Below, one piece after another: positions 21,121-28,906 of a stretch of DNA of 64,000 nucleotides. Where the stretch lies: NCBI GenBank assembly GCA_016699245.1, contig CP064968.1, forward strand, positions 448,317 to 512,316. Direction: 5' to 3'. Origin of the DNA: Candidatus Kaiserbacteria bacterium (GTDB lineage Bacteria > Patescibacteriota > Minisyncoccia > Phycocordibacterales > UBA918). Numbering within the stretch: the stretch's first letter is position 1; each line of letters starts with the position of its first letter. The notes beneath the pieces were generated by a model. It was not told where the DNA came from and ran no database searches. It worked only from the letters and a program-made list of their open reading frames with translations. The translations under genes were made by a program, and so were the position numbers.

Positions 21121-21227
21121 AAACAAGGGCAATCTACTCTACCATTTACTCCTCAAACTGGAAATTATCTCACTGAATAACGACCATAAATAAAACCCGT
21201 CTAGAAAACTAGTCGTGTTTCATTTTG

Positions 21228-21308
21228 TGCGCGAGAGAGGACTTGAACCTCCATGCCTTGCGGCACCTGCTCCTAAGGCAGGCGTGTCTACCGTTTCACC
21301 ACCCGCGC
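21228..21308 (-). tRNA. tRNA-Leu (TAG), long variable arm
   Basis: Anticodon stem CCTGC/GCAGG, loop CTTAGGA; T-arm GGAGGTTCAAGTCCTCT. Confidence 0.75.
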
Positions 21309-21346
21309 ATGGAAATGAATATACCATGAGAGACAAGGAATCGCAC

Positions 21347-21616
21347 CTACTCTTTAATCTGATTCAGTAAATTTTCTTCTTGCTTCAACACTTCTTCCAT
21401 CACGAGGGGATCTCCTGATTCGAATGCGGCACGCTTTGCTTTAAAATTGTCATTGATAATTGAAATCCAAGAATTATCTTCTAGAAAGAGTTCGAGTAAT
21501 CCCTCGAGTTCGACATCGTCTACCTGCGCAAATACCTCTAAAAGAATTTGTTTGTCTTCTGGTGCAAGTTCAGAGTGTTGCAGAACAGTCGTTAGTTTTT
21601 CAAGATTTGTTTCCAT
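21347..21616 (-). CDS. hypothetical acidic protein (89 aa)
   Basis: ORF track only. Confidence 0.3.
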   Translation of the reverse strand: METNLEKLTTVLQHSELAPEDKQILLEVFAQVDDVELEGLLELFLEDNSWISIINDNFKAKRAAFESGDPLVMEEVLKQEENLLNQIKE

Positions 21617-21627
21617 ACACTATTGGA

Positions 21628-22434
21628 TTAATAGCGATTCATTCTAAATCGCTGCATCATTTTCCTCTTTGCTTCTTGTTCTTTTTGAAACGAGTACGAT
21701 GTCTGCTGGTCTAGGTTTACAATAACTTTATCGAGACGTGCTACGCGCGTTTCATAATTATCAACACCAAACGTACCATGTAGGTCTTTCATAATCACCT
21801 TTAGCATCTCTGCGCACTCTATTGCAAATTTTGCATCATCAGTGGTGTACACACGTGCAGGTGCATTGTAGATAGGCCGTTTTGAAGAACCATGAGTAGG
21901 AGTGTAAAATTCGTTCGCAAATCCATCTACGTACAATCGCACCAACCATTCTGCATCTTGTGCCGTCTTAATTTCTTTTAAGTCATTTTGCGCACCTCTC
22001 ACCTTTTCTCCTGCCCATTTGCTTGCGTGTGTAAGTCTCTGTCTTTCAGGTTGCCCTAAATTATTTCTTTCTCCCTGCTCCGCTCGCGGTGTATCTTTAT
22101 AGTAACGGTACTGACCTGCTTCTGCGTCATTTGAAAATACTGAGAGTGATGAAAGTGCGGTGACGAGCATCATTACTTTTGCAGCCTTACGTGCGGTGCC
22201 CTGAAGGCGTTCCGAAAAACTTTCTTCACGGTCAATGATGGTATTGGGATTTAGAGAAACCACCTCAATATTTCGTAATTCCTCAACAACTTCTTCATCT
22301 TCAGTAGACTCGCACAGAACAGATTCGTTCAAATCTGGATTAAGCGCGGCATGTAAATCCTTCTCACACGTTTTTCTATCAGGATGCTTTACATCCATTC
22401 CAAAACTCATGTTTCCACCTTCTAATGAAGTCAT
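21628..22434 (-). CDS. hypothetical protein (268 aa)
   Basis: ORF track only. Confidence 0.4.
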   Translation of the reverse strand: MTSLEGGNMSFGMDVKHPDRKTCEKDLHAALNPDLNESVLCESTEDEEVVEELRNIEVVSLNPNTIIDREESFSERLQGTARKAAKVMMLVTALSSLSVFSNDAEAGQYRYYKDTPRAEQGERNNLGQPERQRLTHASKWAGEKVRGAQNDLKEIKTAQDAEWLVRLYVDGFANEFYTPTHGSSKRPIYNAPARVYTTDDAKFAIECAEMLKVIMKDLHGTFGVDNYETRVARLDKVIVNLDQQTSYSFQKEQEAKRKMMQRFRMNRY

Positions 22435-22615
22435 AGTATAAAAGTTTATAAACAGTATAAGCCTTCAGAGATTAACATACAGGCTACTACTGATTACTCT
22501 AGTATAGCCCACAGGTAATTACTTCCCTATCCTCGTGGGGATAAAATATTGCCAAGGCGTCGCCTTGATATATCTTGACCAAAATAAAACACCAGAGGAA
22601 TCTGGTGTTTTATTT

Positions 22616-22705
22616 TGGTGCCCAGGGCGGGAATCGAACCCGCACGGTCATTTATAAACCACAGGATTTTAAGTCTTGCGCGTCTACCAATTTCGCCACC
22701 CGGGC
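22616..22705 (-). tRNA. tRNA-Leu (TAA), CCA encoded
   Basis: Acceptor GCCCGGG/CCTGGGC, loop CTTAAAA, long variable arm, T-arm CGGGTTCGATTCCCG. Confidence 0.75.
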
Positions 22706-22798
22706 GTGGCGGTATCATAACATAAATTTAATATAACTGCGTACAAGCACTTGTTTTTATGTCATAATTTTAGTACACTCTCAACTGTTCAATTCCAT

Positions 22799-22871
22799 CC
22801 GCCCATAGCTCAGCTGGTAGAGCAGATCGCTCTTAACGATAAGGTCCCAGGTTCGATCCCTGGTGGGCGGA
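22799..22871 (+). tRNA. tRNA-Lys (CTT)
   Basis: Acceptor CCGCCCA/TGGGCGG, D-arm AGCTCAGCTGGTAGAGC, loop CTCTTAA, T-arm CCAGGTTCGATCCCTGG. Confidence 0.7.
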
Positions 22872-22918
22872 CTAATTTAAAAAACCACACAATTTTGTGT
22901 GGTTTTTTAAATTAGTCC
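22869..22918. terminator. 23-bp-arm perfect palindrome right after tRNA-Lys (GGACTAATTTAAAAAACCACACA / TGTGTGGTTTTTTAAATTAGTCC)
   Basis: Read directly; second short hairpin GCGAGCAA-TTTGTT-TTGCTCGC follows at 22923-22945. Confidence 0.65.
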
Positions 22919-22945
22919 GCCCAAGCGAGCAATTTGTTTTGCTCG

Positions 22946-23115
22946 CGGCCAGGGATCGAAAACCTTGCGAGGGATTTTGCGAGTGATAACGAAGCAAAAT
23001 ACCCACAAGGCAAAAACGATTCGTTTTTGAAGGTTGTCGAAATTTGTCAAAATTTCCTACAACCTAAACGGAATCTGTAAGATTTACTGGTCATGTAATG
23101 ACCGATTCCCTGGTG
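22946..23115 (+). repeat. structured repeat element family, copy A (core hairpin 23030-23064; CTGTAAG hairpin at 23069-23083)
   Basis: Closing inverted repeat GGCCAGGGATCG...CGATTCCCTGGTGG; about 90 nt roughly 97% identical to copy B. Confidence 0.6.
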
Positions 23116-23258
23116 GTACGCAATGAAAGAAAATACTAAGAGACTCGTAACGACAAATATACCCAAAATGTACGAAGTGAATAATTATAGTTAGTAATCT
23201 GTGAAGACTAATGATCTCTGTACGCAATGAAGGAAAATACTAAGAAACTCGTGGCGTC
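23115..23258 (+). repeat. two 39-nt direct repeats (23115-23153 and 23220-23258) upstream of tRNA-Leu(CAG)
   Basis: GTACGCAATGAARGAAAATACTAAGARACTCGT...; possible operator duplicate. Confidence 0.4.
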
Positions 23259-23287
23259 TTCAACACCCCTACAGTCTATGCTAAAAT
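23259..23287 (+). promoter_or_regulatory. sigma-70-like promoter of tRNA-Leu(CAG): TTCAAC-N17-TAAAAT
   Basis: -10 ends 10 nt before the tRNA 5' end. Confidence 0.5.
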
Positions 23288-23297
23288 CTCCTCTGTT

Positions 23298-23379
23298 GGG
23301 CGTATGGCGAAATTGGTAGACGCGCACGGTTCAGGTCCGTGAGCCGCAAGGCATGGAAGTTCGAGTCTTCTTACGCCCA
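23298..23379 (+). tRNA. tRNA-Leu (CAG), long variable arm
   Basis: Acceptor GGGCGTA/TACGCCC, anticodon stem CACGG/CCGTG, loop TTCAGGT. Confidence 0.75.
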
Positions 23380-23380
23380 C

Positions 23381-23425
23381 AAAATAACTAATCCTCAGAT
23401 ACTTCTGAGGATTAGTTATTTTTGG
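23381..23425 (+). terminator. terminator hairpin AACTAATCCTCAGA-TACTT-CTGAGGATTAGTT plus T-run
   Basis: Read directly. Confidence 0.7.
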
Positions 23426-23640
23426 TAGAAGACTCGAAGACCTTGTGAGAGATTTTGCGAGTCTCAGTTGCCGGCAGGCAGATGAGACGAAGTAAAATAT
23501 CCACAAGGCAAAAACGATTTGTTTTTGAAGGTTGTCGAAATTTGTCAAAATTTCATACAACCTAAACGGAATCTGTAAGATTTACTGAAACTGTGCCGCG
23601 TTCCAGTGAACGAAAAGTTTCAAGTCCTCTCGCGCCCACC
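23425..23640 (+). repeat. structured repeat element family, copy B (core 23529-23563), ending in a tRNA 3'-end-like GTTTCAAGTCCTCTCGCGCCCAC
   Basis: Begins with antisense of the tRNA-Leu(CAG) T-arm (GTAGAAGACTCGAAGACC); tail CTGTGCCGCGTTCCAGTGAACGAAAAG shared with the 46.7 kb copy. Confidence 0.6.
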
Positions 23641-23646
23641 CTTATA

Positions 23647-23680
23647 AAATCCCCCAAGCGCTTCGCGATTGGGGGATTTT
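23647..23680 (+). terminator. hairpin AAATCCCCCAA-GCGCTTCGCG-ATTGGGGGATTTT
   Basis: Read directly. Confidence 0.6.
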
Positions 23681-23732
23681 GATTCCCTACCCATATTCGA
23701 GAAGAAAAAATAACCTTAAAACACATTTTACC

Positions 23733-23776
23733 AAACTTACCGTATATGTAACACCTGTTACATATACGGTAAGTTT
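23733..23776. repeat. 44-bp perfect palindrome with non-palindromic CC centre (AAACTTACCGTATATGTAACA-CC-TGTTACATATACGGTAAGTTT); related copy at 55726-55763
   Basis: Immediately 3' of trhO stop; could be a terminator, operator or serine-recombinase att-like site. Confidence 0.6.
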
Positions 23777-23782
23777 GATTTC

Positions 23783-24826
23783 CTACCGAACTACAGATTT
23801 GAGTCGATGTTTTTTAAATTGCTCGAGTTTCTTTGTGTGATTATTTTTCACCAGTGTCTTCTTAATTTTTTCTGGGAGTACATCAAAAATCAGGCATTTA
23901 TATGAGCAATACCCTTTCTTCTTTTTCTTGCACTCATCACAACAAATAAAGAGCACGTGACAGGCCTGATTTTTGCAATGAATATGCTCATCACATTTAT
24001 TTTTTGCACATAGATGGCACGTCGCTATCACCTCATCACTGATGCGCTCACCAAGTCGTTCATCAAAGACAAAGTTTTTCCCCTTAAAGCGATTCGGAAG
24101 TCCTTCTTCTTCCACTTGGCGCTTGTAGTCAATAATCCCTCCCTTCAAATGCTTGACGTCAGTAAAACCATTATGACGGAGCCATGCACTTGCCTTTTCA
24201 CAGCGAATGCCGCCGGTACAATAAATCGCGATTTTCTTGTTCTTATGTACCCTAAGCATGTCTGGTGCGACTTTCAATTCCTCACGGAATGTATCCACGT
24301 CTGGTAGAATAGCCCGCTCAAAGTGCCCCACTTCACTCTCATAGCCATTTCGCATGTCAAAAATAACCGCATCGGGGTCATCAATATAGGTGTTCATTTC
24401 TGCAGCACTGAGGTATGCGCCTGTCTTCGTCACATCAAAAGAATCATCATCGAGTCCATCTGCCACGATCTTCGGACGCACCTTGATAGTGAGTTTATAG
24501 AATGACACCACGTCAGTTTCCTCGACCGCAACTTTGTATGGCACCCTCGCAAACTCGGGAATTGATTGCAGATATGCATCAAGTGCGTCAAAGTTTGCTG
24601 TGGGCACATTCATTTGCGCATTAATACCCTCAGATGCCACGTAGATACGCCCCATGCAGTCCAACTCACTCATGCGGAGAAAGAGCGTGTTACGCATCGC
24701 TATAGGGTCACTGAGCCGCACATACCGATAAAACGAGAGTGTCGTGCGTGGAATATGTGCTTCCTGCACCTTTTCCTTCAAAATCTTCCGTGGTGTTAAG
24801 TCTTTTTTCATACCAGTACAGAGCAT
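23783..24826 (-). CDS. trhO: rhodanese-domain tRNA U34 hydroxylase TrhO (YceA/UPF0176) with C-terminal Cys-rich zinc ribbon
   Basis: IYCTGGIRCEKASAWL rhodanese active-site loop. Confidence 0.7.
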   Translation of the reverse strand: MLCTGMKKDLTPRKILKEKVQEAHIPRTTLSFYRYVRLSDPIAMRNTLFLRMSELDCMGRIYVASEGINAQMNVPTANFDALDAYLQSIPEFARVPYKVAVEETDVVSFYKLTIKVRPKIVADGLDDDSFDVTKTGAYLSAAEMNTYIDDPDAVIFDMRNGYESEVGHFERAILPDVDTFREELKVAPDMLRVHKNKKIAIYCTGGIRCEKASAWLRHNGFTDVKHLKGGIIDYKRQVEEEGLPNRFKGKNFVFDERLGERISDEVIATCHLCAKNKCDEHIHCKNQACHVLFICCDECKKKKKGYCSYKCLIFDVLPEKIKKTLVKNNHTKKLEQFKKHRLKSVVR

Positions 24827-25071
24827 GATACCGCATCAAAGCGGATTTGCTACCTTATTTTGGGGTAAAACAGGTGCAAAATCGGGACGATTCTAAACAA
24901 AAATTGCCAAAAATGGCTTATATACTGCATATTCTATTTTTCTTGCATCTCAAAACCTTGACTTTTATATCAAATTATGCTACTATTTTAGCAGATAGGG
25001 GTAGTCCCCTACCCCTCCACAATCCGCACTCTCGGGTGCATAGTTTTTTGAAAATTGAAAGGATTAAAATC

Positions 25072-26226
25072 ATGACTGAACTATTCATCCTAATAATGGT
25101 TCCCATCGGCGTTCTCATAGCGGTAATGCTTTTTCTGTTCATTTTGCCTGTCATCCCGACAGCAGTTGAACGCCTGAGCAACAGGCCGAATCGTTTTCGC
25201 GGGGATTCCAAAATTGCGGATTACCCGGTTTCAAGCTTTGGCTTCTTTACCAGTCTCGCTCCGGGACAAGTAAAGATTATCGAAGCGGGCGACCGATTCA
25301 TTCGATGTATCATGCGTTACAACGGCCACACCTTTAAAGGCTTTGTGGATTCGAGTATATCGGAAACTACGAGCGAGTATTGGGAAGTTGTTGAAACACC
25401 TCCTGGTCGTCAGGACGCTCATCCATTCCCTCTACCAAAAAATGGAATCTACATTCTTTTTTGGGCATGGCAACGCTGGGTATATCACTTGACTGGGTAT
25501 GTGTGTGTCGGTATTTATCCGTTTCGGCGGGTTCGTACGTACACTCTCGACCGCCTCAAAAAGGCACGAGGTGGTAGTATCGTCGAAACTCAGGATTACA
25601 GCGACCATTTCAGGGTAGCCGACTTTATGTTCCCAGTGGAAGTACCTGAGGCCGACACAAGTGACATGAGCACGGTGCGTGTTGAAGTGGAATCTATACC
25701 ACAAGTACACAACCCGTTCATGGTGGCGTATCAAACCGATGATTGGGCAGATCGTCTTGCAAGTGAAATCAAAAGTGACGTGACGGGATACACTCCGACA
25801 CGCCCACTTTCTGAAGTCCTTGCTGCAAAAAACGATTCTGGTCCAAACGGGCTGATACACATCCTTATGAAGGAAGCAGCGACACCAGGTATCAGGATGA
25901 AGCAAGTACTCATCACTGACATCTCCTTGGTTGAGCCGCGCACCGAAATAGGAAAAAAGACCGCTGGTCTAGCAGTTGCGCGTGTCGAGCGTCAGGTAAA
26001 GGAAGAACTTGCGAAGGGTGATGCTGCACAGTTAGACGCGCAGATTGCTGTAGTGAAGGCGGGTGGGCACATTGGTTTAGCAGTTCTTGCTGCCGAACGT
26101 GATGTGCGTACTGCCCAAGCTGCGGGTGATCGTGCTGTCGTGGTGTTGGGTGGGGGTGGCGGAAATGCCGACCCTATCCAGGCAGCGATGCTTCAGGAAT
26201 TGAAAGACATCAGCACTAAAACCTAA
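25072..26226 (+). CDS. membrane protein, possibly SPFH/band-7 (flotillin-like)
   Basis: Start moved to MTELFILIMVPIGVLIAV; C-terminal VVVLGGGGGNADPIQAAMLQEL resembles flotillin tails; weak. Confidence 0.4.
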   Translation: MTELFILIMVPIGVLIAVMLFLFILPVIPTAVERLSNRPNRFRGDSKIADYPVSSFGFFTSLAPGQVKIIEAGDRFIRCIMRYNGHTFKGFVDSSISETTSEYWEVVETPPGRQDAHPFPLPKNGIYILFWAWQRWVYHLTGYVCVGIYPFRRVRTYTLDRLKKARGGSIVETQDYSDHFRVADFMFPVEVPEADTSDMSTVRVEVESIPQVHNPFMVAYQTDDWADRLASEIKSDVTGYTPTRPLSEVLAAKNDSGPNGLIHILMKEAATPGIRMKQVLITDISLVEPRTEIGKKTAGLAVARVERQVKEELAKGDAAQLDAQIAVVKAGGHIGLAVLAAERDVRTAQAAGDRAVVVLGGGGGNADPIQAAMLQELKDISTKT

Positions 26227-26246
26227 ACATTCGGAAGGAGAATCAC

Positions 26247-27020
26247 ATGTCAGTAGCATTAATACTGCTATTTGTTATAGGAGGATCGATAGCAGGTCTG
26301 GTTTTGGGAGTCCTCACCCTCATGGTGTGGGACTCCAACTCAAGAAGGGCTCCGGCTCCTCCAAGCAGTCCCAGCAGTTTCAAACTCAGTTTCAAGAGTC
26401 GTTTCGTCTGGGTACTTGGCGGCATCGTGGCACTTGTAGTTGCCGTATGGCTCTACTCAGCAGATAGCCTTTCGGGTCTTGGGGGTGTCGATGTCAATCT
26501 TTGGATTGCAATCTGCATTCTCCTCATCCTGGCTGTACGCGGGCTCATCAAAAAAGTGAGCACCGTGTGGGTTGAGACGGCTGCACTCATCATCGTTGGC
26601 GGTGGACTCTTGTTCTTTGGAGCAGATGCACCCAAGGTCTGGAAAAAGGTTCAAGGAGGTGTGTCATCCGTAGTGCTGAGCGAAAGCAAAGATACGAAAG
26701 ATGATTCATCCTCCTCTTCAAAGCAACTTGGGAACATACCTGCAGGAAGAAATTGGGAGACCAAGAGCGTGGTGTGGGAGGAGTTGAATCCTGACGGAAG
26801 CATCCTCATCAACACACCGTCCTTGACGATTCAAATCCCCGATTACTGCACGGTTTTGTACTCGGACGGCAATGGCCGTGAATACCAGGTACTCAACCAA
26901 GGAGTAGATGGGGAATGGGAAGTTCACCAACGAGGTGATCATGTCGCAGGAACAGGTTTTCGCATTATGGTCACCAAAAAAGGCATAAAAGAAGTGACCT
27001 ATCGGCAGTCATGCCCGTAG
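26247..27020 (+). CDS. membrane protein (3-4 TM plus C-terminal beta-rich domain; NfeD-like partner?)
   Basis: Strong RBS AAGGAG 9 nt upstream; translationally coupled to the previous gene. Confidence 0.45.
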   Translation: MSVALILLFVIGGSIAGLVLGVLTLMVWDSNSRRAPAPPSSPSSFKLSFKSRFVWVLGGIVALVVAVWLYSADSLSGLGGVDVNLWIAICILLILAVRGLIKKVSTVWVETAALIIVGGGLLFFGADAPKVWKKVQGGVSSVVLSESKDTKDDSSSSSKQLGNIPAGRNWETKSVVWEELNPDGSILINTPSLTIQIPDYCTVLYSDGNGREYQVLNQGVDGEWEVHQRGDHVAGTGFRIMVTKKGIKEVTYRQSCP

Positions 27021-27026
27021 GGAGAA

Positions 27027-27063
27027 GCAACAAAGCCCGGAATCCACCATGGATTTCCGGGCT
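27027..27063 (+). terminator. intrinsic terminator AAGCCCGGAA-TCCACCATGGAT-TTCCGGGCTTTTTT
   Basis: Read directly. Confidence 0.75.
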
Positions 27064-27083
27064 TTTTTATCGTTGTGTTTTTT

Positions 27084-27365
27084 TCAAATAGTTACTCCGA
27101 CTGTGCCCAGTGCAATAGTGAGTATTGCCATTGCGGAGACCATTACAAGAAGCCCAATGATGCCATACAACATGTGCGCCTTCCCTTCAGTGCGCTTAGT
27201 ATCGTCATCAGCATTCAGGACGAATTGGTACGCTCCCCAGATGAAGATAAAGAAGGCAACCGCCATCATGAGTGTCATGAGAGGAAAAAGTATTGCACTC
27301 TCTATCTTTGCCAGCATCGCCTTTGCTGCGGTGATGTGTGCTCCCCCGGCTGCGTATGCAATCAT
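27084..27365 (-). CDS. VirB2/TrbC-like pilin paralog 1
   Basis: Signal peptide plus two hydrophobic helices separated by a charged loop (DDDTKRTEGK). Confidence 0.5.
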   Translation of the reverse strand: MIAYAAGGAHITAAKAMLAKIESAILFPLMTLMMAVAFFIFIWGAYQFVLNADDDTKRTEGKAHMLYGIIGLLVMVSAMAILTIALGTVGVTI

Positions 27366-27390
27366 CTGTAGTTTTGTAACTTAACGATAC

Positions 27391-27747
27391 CTAGATTGAA
27401 ATAGTGTCTGGTATGTTAATAATTTGACCTTCTAATCCAAACGCATCAGCAAGTAGATTCACAATTCCCCAAAGCGACACCATGACAACGAAAGCAACAA
27501 TAGCATACACCATGAGTTGCCTTCCTTCTGACTGCTTGCCCTCATCGCTACCACCGAGAATAAAGGTCTTGAACATTCCCCAAAGGAATACGAGGAAGGC
27601 GATTACAAAAATAAGTGGTACAAGTGTACCATTTATAAAGGCAACGAAGTTTGAAATGAATGACGCCAACTCTGTCATATCACCTTGCGCAAGCGCAAGC
27701 ATAGGTGTTAATGCAGTAAACGGAAGGATCTTGAGTAATGTTTTCAT
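27391..27747 (-). CDS. VirB2/TrbC-like pilin paralog 2
   Basis: FLWGMFK...GGSDEGKQSEG...VSLWGI architecture. Confidence 0.5.
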   Translation of the reverse strand: MKTLLKILPFTALTPMLALAQGDMTELASFISNFVAFINGTLVPLIFVIAFLVFLWGMFKTFILGGSDEGKQSEGRQLMVYAIVAFVVMVSLWGIVNLLADAFGLEGQIINIPDTISI

Positions 27748-27848
27748 ACGATATGGACTTTTATCTTATTTTTTAATAATTATAGAATATCTTAACTATT
27801 GTAGCCCTTAATGACACTCCGTGGAAGAGACCCTGTGGATATAGAATT

Positions 27849-28160
27849 TCACGGACTAAAAAGAGACGATTGAAGCATGGTAAGAATTCCCCAAACAGAA
27901 ATCATTATAACGAATGCAATGACACCCACAATGACCACATTTTTACCACTTTTAACACCTTCAGCACTCCCACCATCAATAATCCATCCTTTCACGACAC
28001 CCCATAAAAATGCAATAAAGGTAAGTACAAAAGTGAGTGTCACAAGCGTACCTAAAATGTTAGTGAGCAAAGACACGAGACTTTTGAAATCTGTTGGTGC
28101 ATTAGCACCGAGCGTTATCTGGGGAAGTAGTGCTAAAAGTGTGACTATAAAGATATGCAT
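27849..28160 (-). CDS. VirB2/TrbC-like pilin paralog 3
   Basis: FLWGVVK...GGSAEGVKSG...SVWGI. Confidence 0.5.
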   Translation of the reverse strand: MHIFIVTLLALLPQITLGANAPTDFKSLVSLLTNILGTLVTLTFVLTFIAFLWGVVKGWIIDGGSAEGVKSGKNVVIVGVIAFVIMISVWGILTMLQSSLFSP

Positions 28161-28174
28161 AAAATGTATTCGTG

Positions 28175-28531
28175 TTAGAGGGCTCCTGCTGTCTGTTGTA
28201 TCACATCCACAATAATCTTAGCACCGAGGACTATCACACCGCCAACCACTGCCCACAGAAGCGCGGTGCGTGCTTCGGTTACTTTACCAGGGTTACCCTG
28301 TGCAGTCACAAAGAGATACCCTGCGTACATGATGTAGAGAATTATGAGCGGGAGTGCAAAGACGAGGAGGATATCGATAATATTAAGCAAAAACTCCGGA
28401 ATATCTTTTGCTTTAAGCCAATTAATAAATTTTCCATCGTCAGCAAACACAGCGTGCGGTATGTAAAGTGCACTCAATATACATGTATATGTATACAGAC
28501 ATTTTTTCATATTGTTTGGCATGGATGTCAT
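28175..28531 (-). CDS. VirB2/TrbC-like pilin paralog 4
   Basis: C-terminal ~80 aa differ by only 3 residues from paralog 5; N-terminal ~40 aa unrelated. Confidence 0.5.
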   Translation of the reverse strand: MTSMPNNMKKCLYTYTCILSALYIPHAVFADDGKFINWLKAKDIPEFLLNIIDILLVFALPLIILYIMYAGYLFVTAQGNPGKVTEARTALLWAVVGGVIVLGAKIIVDVIQQTAGAL

Positions 28532-28548
28532 GTACGCTATTATTAAAT

Positions 28549-28902
28549 TTACAACGCACGCGCTGTCTGTTGTATCACATCCACAATAATCTTAGCAGCA
28601 AGCACAATCACGCCACCAACCACTGCCCACAGGAGAGCGGTGCGTGCCTCCGTTACTTTACCAGGGTTACCCTGTGCAGTCACAAAGAGATATCCTGCAT
28701 ACATGATATAGAGAATTATGAGCGGGAGCGCGAAAACGAGGAGAATGTCAATGATTTTAAGCAAGAACTCAGGGATGGTCTTTGAACTCAGCGGATTAGT
28801 CAGGGTAGCACCTTGAGCAAAGGTCACAAAAGGTAGATATAAAGGGCTAAGTGTAAATACTCGAATTACATATTTATGTATTTTTGTAGATATAGGCGAC
28901 AT
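28549..28902 (-). CDS. VirB2/TrbC-like pilin paralog 5
   Basis: As paralog 4. Confidence 0.5.
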   Translation of the reverse strand: MSPISTKIHKYVIRVFTLSPLYLPFVTFAQGATLTNPLSSKTIPEFLLKIIDILLVFALPLIILYIMYAGYLFVTAQGNPGKVTEARTALLWAVVGGVIVLAAKIIVDVIQQTARAL

Positions 28903-28906
28903 ACTA

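Noticed and set aside
22527-22718. 63-aa minus-strand ORF
   Set aside because: It overlaps tRNA-Leu(TAA) and its terminator.
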